Assembly: GCA_051362555.1 (NCBI GenBank)
Contig: CM120642.1
Span: 2,356,001 to 2,420,000 of the forward strand
Direction: 5' to 3'
DNA: 64,000 nucleotides
From: Lingula anatina
Taxonomy: Eukaryota > Animalia > Brachiopoda
This document shows positions 39,201 through 52,038 of the stretch, piece after piece (positions within the stretch are counted from its first letter, which is position 1; the number at the start of each line of letters is the position of its first letter). The notes below the pieces were generated by a model that saw only the letters and a list, made by a program, of their open reading frames with translations, did no database searches and was not told the origin of the DNA. The position numbers and the translations under genes were made by a program.

Positions 39201-42200
39201 TGGAGGAAGACAGGAATAACATTTGCTGTACATTTACAAGACCAACAATACACTCCCATGGTACAGCGGTTTTATACTCATTAGTCACATTATAAGTAGA
39301 CCAGGTGTGTTGCCCCCGACTTTGATTCCTTGTTTTGAACTGTACCAGATGGTTGATAGAAATTAATCAGGTTAAATTTCATTTGTTTATGTATTTTAGC
39401 TTACATGTTTATTTTAAATTCACAGTGTGTGGTATCTAGTGAGTATTGCACGTAATACAGATTCATTCTCATTTTTTGTGCCACCTAGTCTTGATATTAG
39501 TTGTGTCCAGGAATGCGGTGTTACTCACGATCAGGCCATTTTATGTCACTGTTTCTTTCAAGTTACTTTTATCTATCATTGAGGCTCCAAGGCGTAAGTT
39601 CATTGCTTTCTTTACTTTATACACAACATGTAGATTATATTTAGGTTGTATTTAGTTTTTTATTTGTACGTATATGTTCCTTTAGAAGCAGTTAAAGTGC
39701 TCTAGCATTTCTGCCCATGCTTTCTAAATGTAGGTCATACATTGTTTTACCGTATTATAGTTAAAATTTCGCGCGCACAAAATATTTATGTTGTCATTAT
39801 TTGGTAATCTTCAAATACTTCATTTGTTTATTAATGCTCTTTGTAGCTTTTATATATAGATATTTTTGAAACATATTTAGTTTCTGTTTTGTATTTTCTC
39901 TTCTAGTTTTTTACGGTGATGTACAATAAAGATAGCTTACATCAATACCGTTGTCTGCTGTCATTCCTCTGCGTCCAATAGGAAGTGGCAGTACAGTAAA
40001 AAAGCCTTGAAAATTCATCTGTATCTACCTGTCTGGAGGGTCCATACGTCAACATGGAGGATTCAGAGGTCAACACAGAAGGAAGAAAGAGACAATTGAC
40101 AGAAAAAGGGACAGAGCACTTACACAGTAAGATTAGTCCAATTACGACCAAGTTAGACAAGTTAAGTGCCCACATAGATACTGAACTTATGAACTTTAGC
40201 TGTTGTGACTTAAAGGAGATTGAAGAGATTCAAATTATTAAGGACAGTATCTGTACGTTATGGAGCAAATATCAAGAAGTTTTCACAGAACTTAGTGGTG
40301 TCCTGAAGAGGAACCCTAGTGATTTTAGCGATGAAGAAAGAATGATAGCCCAGGGCAAATTTGCGTCAACACAGACTAAAGTGGACATGGTTATGGCAAA
40401 GATAGACAAATTTTTATTTGCTCAAATAAAAAGGCCTGGTTCAATCAAAAGTGAAAGGTCGATGCTATCTACCCAGTCCCTCCTAGCCCAACAAAAGGCC
40501 AAACTAGAGGCAGCCAGAGTGAGGCTAGATTATGCCCAAAGAGAAGCGGAATTTAAAAGCGTCCAGGCTGAAATGGAAAAGGCCAGTCAGGAAATGAAAA
40601 CCAAAGTCAAGATCTTAGAGACAGAGAAAGAGTTGGCAGTCGCTGAGGCAGAGTATCAAGCTGTCAAGGAGATGAGTGAAGAAGACGATGATAAGGCGTC
40701 CAGTGTCTCTTTACAGAGAACCCGTACACAACGTACGAGAGCATATGTGGAGGCTGGCCCTCACACGGGTAACAATATTCTCTCCCAAGCAGCTACGTTT
40801 CCTGCCACCACGTTTGTTCCTAGTCGCAGTGAGATCCGTGCTCAGGAACCTAATACCAGTACTGGGAACCCCTCTACAGAAAGAATGTATTTAGCCACAG
40901 AATTTTCCAAGCACCTTCTCAGAAAGGATTTGCTTATGACTAGATTCATGAATTTCAATGACGAGCCGCAAGACTACCCAGCATGGAAAGAAAATTTTAA
41001 GTCGATAATTCAAGAACTCGGTGCCAATGACAGAGAACAGTTGGATCTACTAGTGAAATTTTTGGGACCTAAATCATCGCAACAGGCTAGGAGTCTGCGA
41101 AATGCAAGTGCTAATGATGCCTCCTTAGCAATACGCAGGATATGGGAAAGACTTGAGGAAAGGTATGGCCGTCCTGAACTTATAGATGCTGCTCTCAAGT
41201 CAAAGGTTGCCAGTTTCCCAAAGATAAGTGGACCAAATGAGTATCCTAGACTGTACGAGCTGTTGGACATCCTTCACGAGATTGAATTTAAGAAAGAAGA
41301 CCCTGCATATAAAGATTTGTTATGTCAGTGGGATACATCTACAGGGGTCAATTTAGTGCTGCATAAACTGCCCTTCTTTCTTCAGAATAAGTGGATCGAT
41401 AGAGCAGCCAAATATAAATCCACACACTCGGTCCCATACCCACCCTTTGAAGACTTTGTAGTCTTTGTTAGAGATATGTCTAGTCGATGCAATGACCCGA
41501 GCTTCTCCTTTTCTTTCCCGGCTCCTGCCATGGTCAAGAAACAACCTCCCAAATCCAAGGTGTCAACATTCAAGACGGAAGTTGCCAATCCACCCTTAGA
41601 AAGGGGAAGGAACCTGTGTCCACTTCATAATGTGGGTCACTCTCTGAATACATGCAGAGCCTTTCGCAAGAAATCCATTGATGAGCGTAAGAAGATATTA
41701 AAGGAGAATCACATCTGTTATCGTTGCTGTGAGACCAACATGCACCTTTTCCGTGACTGCAAAAACGAAGTTAAATGCCAGGTATGCGGCAGGACGAACC
41801 ATGCCACAGCCATGCACATCGAAATCACAAGGTTGCAAGGTGACAGTGGGGAGACACCTAGTCCCAACGAAGACAGCATTACTACGAAATGCACCACACT
41901 CTGTGGAGAAGGTTTTTCAGGCAGATCTTGTGCCAAGACCATTTTGGTAAATGTATTTCCAGCGGGACAACCAGAGAAGTCCATAAGGGTATACGCAGTC
42001 CATGATGACCAAAGCAACAGAACTCTTGGTAACTCATCATTGTTTGATAAACTTCAGTTGGCCAGTGAGCAACGCCATTACACTGTGTCTTCATGTTCTG
42101 GGACATCGAGGATAACAACTAGATATGCAACCAATTTAATAGTTCAGTCTGTTGACAAATCTTGTGAAATCAAGGTGCCTAACATCATAGAGTGCAGCGT

Positions 42201-45200
42201 GCCAAATGAGAGATCCGAGATTCCTACCCCTGAAGTCACCAGTCACTTTGAACACCTGGCTCCTTTAGCGAACTCCATTCCTCCATTGGATACTACAGCT
42301 CAGATTGGTCTTTTGATCGGCAGGGATGTCCTTGAAGCTCATCATGTACAACAACAGATAGTTGGTCCACGTAATTCACCTTTTGCTCAGAAGTTGCCTT
42401 TGGGGTGGGTAGTCGTAGGTGAAGTATGTTTGGGACAGTTCCACAGACCAGATCTAACTGTGGTCAACGCTTACAAAACACATTTCACAAGAGGTGGACG
42501 TCCAACAATCATGAGCCCATGTACTAGTGGCATGATTATCAAAGATTCAGTTGCTCCTGAAGATAACATTTTCAAGACTACAAGGCTAGATGAGCGTGTT
42601 GGTATGTCGCAGGATGATGTTGCCTTCCTGACCGTAATGGAAAATTCTATGGTCAAGGATGCAGATGGACACTTGAAGGCTCCTTTGCCTTTCAAACATC
42701 CGAGACCTACTCTTCCCAATAACCGACCTCAAGCGTTGAGGAGGGCAAGACTTCTAGCAACCTCATTGAAGAAAAACACCCAAAAAGAAAAGGACATGGT
42801 GGAGTTCATGGGTCAGATTATTGAATCTAGAGCTGCAGAAGAGGCGCCGAAGCTTGCACCTGAAACGGAATCTTGGTACTTACCGCTCTTTGGAGTTTAT
42901 CATCCAAGAAAGCCGAACAAAATTAGAGGGGTCTTTGATTCTTCAGCAGAATATGAAGGGCTTTCATTGAACAGCGTTTTACTTTCTGGGCCAAACCTCA
43001 CGAATAGCTTATTGGGGGTGTTGTTACGGTTCAGAAGAAACAAGGTTGCAATTACAACAGACATTCATCAAATGTTTTATTCATTCCGGGTGAATGAAGA
43101 GCATCGAAACTTCTTACGTTTCTTCTGGTTCAGGAATAATGACCCTAGAGAAGATATGATAGAGTACCGCATGAGAGTGCACGTTTTTGGTAATACACCT
43201 TCACCAGCAGTGGCCACCTATGGGCTCCGAAAGGCAGTTGAAGATGCGGAAGATGATGTACGGAACTTTGTACACAGAGATTTCTATGTTGATGATGGAC
43301 TTGCCTCGTGTCCAACTGAGTCGGAAGCCATTAGCCTTGTAAAGAGGACCCAGGCGACGTTACAAAACAATGCCAAGATAAAGCTGCACAAGATCGCATC
43401 GAATTCTCCAGCAGTCATGAAAGCCTTTGAAGCAGAAGACCTTGACAAATCCCTGAGATCTATAGATTTGTTTGAAGAGGAGTTACCGCAGCAAGCCAGC
43501 CTAGGTCTTGTCTGGGAATTAAAGGACGATGCGTTCATCTTCAAGCTCAACATGCCAGAGAGACCACCTACGAGAAGGGGAATTCTATCAGCAATCAGCA
43601 GCATATTTGATCCCCTAGGTTTCCTCACTCCTATCACTACAGGTGGTCGAATTCTTCTTCGTGAGATTACGGAGAGTGGAGTAGAGTGGGACCAGCCACT
43701 AGCTGAAGATCTGAAGACGAAGTGGGAGGCTTGGAAAAGCTCATTGAAGTTGGTAGTAGATCTACAATTTCCACGCATGTTTGTGCAGAACTCGTGGTGT
43801 GAAGCAGATTATCTCAAAGTCCACGTCTTTGCCGATGCTTCTGAAAGTGCCATATCGGCAGTAGCCTTTGCTCAAGTAGTGTTTGGACAAGAGGTTCAGT
43901 CTGGTTTTTTGATGGGGAAGTCAAAGCTTTCACCCCCAGGAGGAACAACGATTCCTCGTCTAGAGTTATGTGCTGCCGTCCTGGCCACAGAATTGGCAGA
44001 TATCGTCAGTGGGTTTTTGGATGTAAAGCCAGAAGATTTTGTGTACCACTCTGACAGCAAGGTTGTACTTGGGTATTTGTACAATCGAACAAAGCGCTTC
44101 TATACATACGTGTCCAATAGGGTGCAGGCAGTACTCAAGCGCTCTAAAGCCCACCAGTGGCAGTATATTCCATCCCAGAAGAATCCAGCTGATTGCGGTA
44201 CCAGAGGTAATTACCCAGTCAAGGATTTTACGCACAGTCTTTGGATCAATGGGCCAGACTTGTTAAGATGTGAAAACATCATCACTTCTCAAACCCATGA
44301 CTTAGTGAACCCTGCAAATGACAAAGAAATCAGACAAGAAATCTCTGTTGCAAAAATAGCCGTCACCTATGATTTACAATCAAAATTCGAGAAGTTCTCT
44401 ACCTGGCCGTCGCTGATTAGAGCATTTTCTGCATTGAAGAGACGTTGTAGCAAGCGTCCAGAATACAAGGAGAGCCCTAATCTGAAAACTATTGAAGAAA
44501 CTGTGAAAACTGAGAACTTACTCATCAAGGTTTCGCAGGATGCTTGTTTCCCAAACGAAATGTCGGCGCTGCGAGAAGGTCAGCCTCTTTCCCATAGGAG
44601 CTCGATTCTTGCTTTGAGTCCCTTTCTAGATCAAGAAGGGATTATGCGAGTAGGGGGGCGCCTGAACCAAGCACCTGTTGCCTTTGACGAGAAACATCCA
44701 GTCATTATCGATGGAAAATCGCACTTTGCCAAGTTGTTGGTAACACATTTCCACAGAGAAGTTTTCCATCAAGGAAGACTAATAACAGAAACAGCCATTA
44801 GAAAAAGGTTTTGGATAACAGGAGTCAAGAGGATCATTTCCTCCATGATATACAAGTGCGTTCCTTGTAGGAAATTGAGAGGTCAAGTAATGAATCAACA
44901 AATGGCAGACCTCCCAAAGGACCGACTTACTTCTGGGCCCCCCTTTGCAATTGTAGGAGTGGACGTCTTTGGACCATGGTCAGTTGTGGCACGTAGAACC
45001 AGGGGTGGTATAGCAGAAAGCAAACGGTGGGGAGTTCTGTTTACTTGTTTATTTACAAGAGCCGTCCACATCGAGTTGGTAGAGAGCATGAGCAGTGACG
45101 CTTTCATTAATGCCATGAGAAGATTTGTTGCCATAAGAGGTCCCGTCACCGAGTTCCGATCTGACAGAGGGACTAACTTTGTAGGAGCATTAGAAGATGT

Positions 45201-48200
45201 TCAAGCACAAGGAATTTTTGTGGAAGGCGGTCCTGTTCAAGAGTACCTAATCAAACACAAGATAATCTGGAGATTCAACCCTCCACATGCTTCCCACATG
45301 GGAGGGATTTGGGAGCGCATGATAGGGATAACCAGAAGGATTTTAGATGGCATGTTTTTGAACCGATGTCAGAAACTTACCCATGATGTGTTATGTACCT
45401 TGATGCATGAAGTTAGTGCTATTATAAATTCTCGCCCGATCGGCCCAATATCCACAGATCCAGATTACCCTGAGGTTATTACCCCTGCCATGCTTCTTAC
45501 CCAGAAGACGGAAGGGTTGCCTGCACTCACTGATTCAGTCAACTTGCGAGATATATACCGATCTCAATGGAAACATGTCCAAGTTTTGGCCAACACATTC
45601 TGGAAAAGATGGAGACAAAGCTACCTGCAGAATCTACAATCAAGATCCAAGTGGCAAATCAAACAACCAGACTTGAAGGAGGGTGACATTGTTTTGCTTC
45701 GTGACATCAATTGTAGCAGAAATGAATGGCCTATGGGACTTGTAGTGAAAACATTCCCGAGTAAAACTGACAAGGCAGTCCGTACAGTGGAAGTACGAGT
45801 AAAAGGAGGGAAAACATTTGTGAGACCTTTAACTGAATTGATACTTCTTGTGGATTAATGAGAATAGTGCTTGGGCACAGACATTTTCAACTGTAGTGTT
45901 ATTAGCTGGGTTCATTATAGTTTATTAGTGATGTTTACACATCAAGTGGGGAGTGTGTTGCCCCCGACTTTGATTCCTTGTTTTGAACTGTACCAGATGG
46001 TTGATAGAAATTAATCAGGTTAAATTTCATTTGTTTATGTATTTTAGCTTACATGTTTATTTTAAATTCACAGTGTGTGGTATCTAGTGAGTATTGCACG
46101 TAATACAGATTCATTCTCATTTTTTGTGCCACCTAGTCTTGATATTAGTTGTGTCCAGGAATGCGGTGTTACTCACGATCAGGCCATTTTATGTCACTGT
46201 TTCTTTCAAGTTACTTTTATCTATCATTGAGGCTCCAAGGCGTAAGTTCATTGCTTTCTTTACTTTATACACAACATGTAGATTATATTTAGGTTGTATT
46301 TAGTTTTTTATTTGTACGTATATGTTCCTTTAGAAGCAGTTAAAGTGCTCTAGCATTTCTGCCCATGCTTTCTAAATGTAGGTCATACATTGTTTTACCG
46401 TATTATAGTTAAAATTTCGCGCGCACAAAATATTTATGTTGTCATTATTTGGTAATCTTCAAATACTTCATTTGTTTATTAATGCTCTTTGTAGCTTTTA
46501 TATATAGATATTTTTGAAACATATTTAGTTTCTGTTTTGTATTTTCTCTTCTAGTTTTTTACGGTGATGTACAATAAAGATAGCTTACATCAATACCGTT
46601 GTCTGCTGTCATTCCTCTGCGTCCAATAGGAAGTGGCAGTACACCAGGCATTATAATTACCCAAAATCTGCCTACTTTTATTACTCTGAGTTAGGGGGTG
46701 ACACTTCTTTTGTCCAGTGTGTGTATGTTTGATGAACTAAACTGCCTATAAACAATCGATCTTAATCATTTAGCAAACTGATATATTTATGTGTGTGTGT
46801 GTGTGTGTGTTAATATTTCTCAGGTAGCTTCCGCATGGCGAACGGAGCCGAGATTTAATTACTGTACCCCGCAGGGACGACATGTGGGGAGGCGTGTGAG
46901 AGGCGGAGAGACTATTAAAAGATTAGGCGGTTTTTCTTTCATGTACGTCCGCCATTTTTAGTTCTCAGGATTTGTAAAGCCTGGCTCAATTCGTTGAGAA
47001 TGAGGCCAAAGCTTGGCCAAACCCTGCGTTTTTATACAAGGGCAGAAATTGCCAAAAAGACCACCTCTCACATTGCTGACCATATAACATGCAACTGCAT
47101 GCATCAATAGTTTCGAGATTTGTGCGGTAGATAGGTAACACACCTGGTTATACGTGGAGTGGCACTTCAGTTTCGGATTTAAAATAGTGTGAGAGAAAAC
47201 ATATATTTTGCAGAAAATTTACTCGCCAAAAAATAACATTCCATATTAAGTATTAACCCTGTAATTAAAAATACACAAAGAAAGTTTATAAATGAGAATG
47301 TTCTTTAAATGTTTAATTATACCGATTATTGACCTCATTTGGTATGACTGCGTAATAAAATTAACCAAATATCAACTTACCCTGTCCACACAGCAGGGAT
47401 CAGCTCCGTGCTGAATGAGTAGAGCTGCTACATTGTTGTGACCGCCCGAAGCAGCATAATGAAGTGGTGTGCGACCATACTGAAGAGTCACATTGTTTAC
47501 AGTTAGCAACATACTTTACAGAAAGGTGTAACAAATGATACAATTAAACAATAACCAAACATTTATGTACAGTGAATAAAAATCAAGTTCAAAATATATT
47601 CGACCACCAACAGCAGTACAGCCAATTCGTGGTGCATCTAAAGCCTCGGTCACAACCGGCCGTACGGGCTCTTACTGGCTGTTTGCGTCCAAATTTTGCG
47701 CAGAATCTCACGTCCCACGCAAGTCTTTCTTACGAAATTTTGAGTTCGCAGACATCCCGTAAGCACGTACGGAGGATGTTGGACATGTCCAAAGGATTCT
47801 ATGAATAGCCTGCGAACAACGAGACCGCAAGCGTAACTTGCTCCCCTCGAACGGAGTTAGCAAGAGAGACGCGCGTTGTGCAAGACGCACGTCGCAAGCA
47901 GTGAAGGAGCAAGTGTCCTATGCGTGTTGAGTAAGGCGCACGCCCTCACATCTAACGAAAAAGGTCGAGAGCACACCGGGAATGCGTCGCACGTGCGTCA
48001 TCCCCACGCCTGGTGTATAAAAGGCGTGCTCACGACGCACGCTCGTACAGATACATAAACATATAATTAACATTTTATGAAATATTTTTAGTTAGCAAGA
48101 ATTGATCCCATTAGGTATGCCTGTAAAAATACAATATAGATGTAATGAGGAGAAGTTATACTTTAGGTAGCATATACAAACCTACCTTATCCTTACTGCA

Positions 48201-51200
48201 AGGATCAGCTTTGTGGTACAAAAGTTCGGTTGCTACATTGCTGTAGCCACCCACAGCAACGTAATGAAGTGGTGTACGATCATCCTGAAGATACACAATG
48301 TTTTCAGTGCCTGTACTCCATGGGCCAATGAAGACCTCCCTCCCCCCCCCTTAGTGATTTTCATTCACTATGTTTTTCTGAAAGCTTAGGTCCTTAGCTT
48401 TTATTTTCTGCTTGTTTGCCATTAAACTGGTGGTGGGTGGGTGTGCTATAGCCTTTGCCATGGTAACGTCTCAGATTAAACATTGAAATTTCTGAGACTA
48501 AAAGAATATTAAATAATTCAAATATATTATATTAATGGAATTCAAAATCATTTCAGATGTATAGTTTAAGAGCTGCACTATACTTTAAGATCCTTAAAAT
48601 TTCCAAAGATGGCTGTAAATTCAAGATGGCGACCAATTTTTGCTAATTTTTGAGCAATTTTAATTATTTTTAATATTTGAGTTTTTATTCAATAATAAAG
48701 GAATAAGAATGTGGGATATGTTTTGATGCACTGGAATAGCATACAGTCTCTACTTGTGACCTACAGTATTTGTTTTAGATGCAACCTTTTAATTTTGTTG
48801 TAAAATCCTGAAATCTGAAATGGCGGCCAAAATACAAGTCTCTTAGATTCCGCTGTCCCAACTGGAAAGATGCCAGATTTATCATCAAAGTGTCATTCTT
48901 TATTGCTTTTAATAACTGAATTCGAACTTGGGACTTTTCATAATAATTTGCATTAATTCTGATTACATTAAGACTTTCAAAATTCAAAACGGCCGCCAAT
49001 ATGCTTATACACACTGGCTAAAATTGATATAATATATTCTTCCAACAGAATATTTATTTTAATTATCTCCAACCAACTTAGTCCCATTAGTGATTTTTGT
49101 TTACTATGATTTTCTGGCAGGTTAGGCCCTTAGCTTTTATTTTCTGCTTGTTTGCCATTAAACTGGTGGTGGGTGTGAGTAACAGAGCTGTTGGCCATGG
49201 TAATGTCTGGGGTTGAAAACTAATATTTTTGAGACCAAAAATAAAAATTAAATATTTCAAATGCATTTAAAATTATGGAATTCTAAATTATACCAGATGT
49301 GTAAAGAAAAAAGTGTGCTATACTTCACAATCATCAAAATGCCCCAAGATGGCAGCAAATTCAAGATGGCTGCCAATTTTTGCTCATTTTTGAATAATGT
49401 TGGGAATTTTTTTATATTTGAGTTTATATTTAATAATTAAGAAATTGCAATGCGGCATGTGTTTTGATGTTCCGTAATGGCAAAAAGCTTCTGCTTTCTG
49501 CCTAAAGTGATTGTTGAAGATGTTACCTTTTAATTTTGACGTAAAATCCTGAAATCCAAGGTGGCTGCCATAAAACATGACTTTTACATACGGCCTACCT
49601 AACTGGAAAGATGCCATATTAATCATCCCAAATTACATTCTTTATTACTTTTAGGTGTACTGAATAGGGATCTAGGACCCTTTTCTATAAATTGTGTTAA
49701 TTCAGATTGCATTATGACTTTCAAAATTCAAAATGGCTGCCAATTTGTTTATACATGAAATTATATAATACATTATTCCGATACAAAATAAAATTCAATA
49801 AACTCAAGCTAGCTCAGCCCTATTAGCAATTTTTATGCACTATGATTTTCTGATAGCTTAGGACCTAAGTTCAAATATTCTGCTTGTTTGCCATGTAATA
49901 GGTGATAGGTGGGACAGTATTAGCTGTTGCCATAGTAACACAGGGGGTTTAGAATTATAATTTCTGAGACCTTTGAATTGCCATGTATTTTAAATATATG
50001 AACTTGATGTATTGTAAACTTTTTTTAAAAATTAGATTTGGACCTCAGTTATTAATAAAATTATTTGAAAAAATAATCATAGTTAAATTGCTGAAATGGC
50101 AGCCAATCCAAGATTGCGATAAATCTATGTTAATTTTCTTCTTATTACTGAAAGTACCTTTTTGTAAACTTTGAAAGCAGCATTGGAATTAAAAAATGTT
50201 AGTTTTTTGGATACGCTGATATGAACAGAATTGCATAATTACTGTTTACAGTGATGATTACTTCCATAACTTCTTTAGTGTAATAAAACCTGAAATCCAT
50301 GGTGGCCATCACAAAACATCGTTTATACATATTGCTGTGCTGACCGAATATATGTTACATTTTCGTTTCAAAATGCCTCTTTTGCTTTTTCTGATAAACT
50401 GAATTAACCTATAAGGCTATTATCTAAATGTAAATAATTTCTATTCATTAAGATTCACTGGCAATTAATTTTCAAAAGATTTTCGGCCAAATTATATTTA
50501 CTTGGCCATTCCAAAATTCATTAGGGCCACAAATGGCCATGACAGTGCAGGTATGAATTTTGCTGCAATGATATTAAACAGTGCAAGAAACAAGTAATTC
50601 TTAAATTTGTGCAGTTAATTACAATCAAATATGCCCTTTCTACACTGCTTCCACAGAAACACTCGTCCATATTTAGTTAAATGGATTAAGGATTAAGGCT
50701 TTTTGGAAATGGATGAATTGTCTTGGCTTAGTCTTTTTTATTGAAGAATGATCACTGTAAAGCCAGTTAAGATTTGCTGTTACCTCTGAAACCGAGTTTT
50801 TGTTACAATCTAAGATGGTGTTCATCTATATGAATAAATGGAATAAAACATTTCCATGTATATGCCATAACTCAGCTTCAAACTGCTAGAGGGGTAAAAT
50901 TATATCCAAGTTTTGGGAAAAAAATCAATATATCCACTAACTTCAATTGAACATATAATATAATTTTTTATAATATTTCACTTAAAACATAATTGTATAG
51001 AAATGCAAAATCACCATCTATATTTGCAAACTAGTTGCTTTTCACTCAAAATCAGACTATTGTGAGTCATTCAACTTGCCCAATAGATGGTCAAAGAGGT
51101 GATCAAATAATTTCAGCAATCTACCACATGGTAATTTAAATACTTGTAGACCATATTGAGTTATTACAAATGGTCACGATCTTGGCTTCATATTATTCAA

Positions 51201-51978
51201 ATTCAATACATCCAAAGGGAATAACAATAACAAAAGAATAAAAGATTAAATACAGATAGAAAGAAGGCAATTTTGGAGAAAAATGTACAATATTTGAAGT
51301 TCGGACAGCAGCATATACCAAAGTAAATCACCCAGGATTTGTTGGGGCTATTCTGGATTTCAAGTTTTTTTTTGTCTTAAAATGATAGTTATTGGAATAA
51401 CAAACACTATAAGCAGTAAGTAAAGACTAAATACCATATGGATATCAAAATACTTAACATTTCTCGATCCCATTAAATTTATTAAATTTTCAACATTAGT
51501 TACTAACAGTAGAAACAGGTTAAGAAATCAGCTTAAATTGGCCGCAATTTTGATATTGCTGCCATCTTGAAAAAAATCACACCATCTTGGATTTTTGCCA
51601 TCATACCACAAATACAGATGTCTTCATATTTTAAATAAGTATACATTATTGTTGAAGATAATATATTTGAAATGTATGAAATTTTCTTAGTCTCAGAAAT
51701 GTCACCCACCACTAGTTTAATGGCAAACAAGCAGAAAATAAAAGCTAAGGACCTAAGCTATCAGAAAAACATAGTGAACGAAAATCACTAAGGGGGGGGG
51801 GGGGGTTCGGTATTTGGCCCACGGACTACTGATATATCTCACAGACAGGTGTAATAAGTGATTCAGTGAACAATAACAAGAATAAAACACGTGGAATAAA
51901 ACAAAATTGAAAGTATGTTTGATACACTAAATTGCATGTAAGCAAGACGATCTTCATCAGTTAAGCAAACTTTATAAT

Positions 51979-52038
<60 letters not shown>

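Larger units (their letters stand above)
37993..46723 (-). mobile_element. Tc1-like DNA transposon with defective transposase (~38167-39199), interrupted by the BEL element
   Basis: TIR CACACACTGGACAAAAGAAGTGTCACCCC; TA TSD; HTH/GRPRK region and QDDNAP...WPAQSPEANIIENVW; split ORFs. Confidence 0.92.

Noticed and set aside
39446-39655. Identical 69-aa ORFs at 39446 and 46094
   Set aside because: Lie within the two BEL LTRs; no recognisable motif
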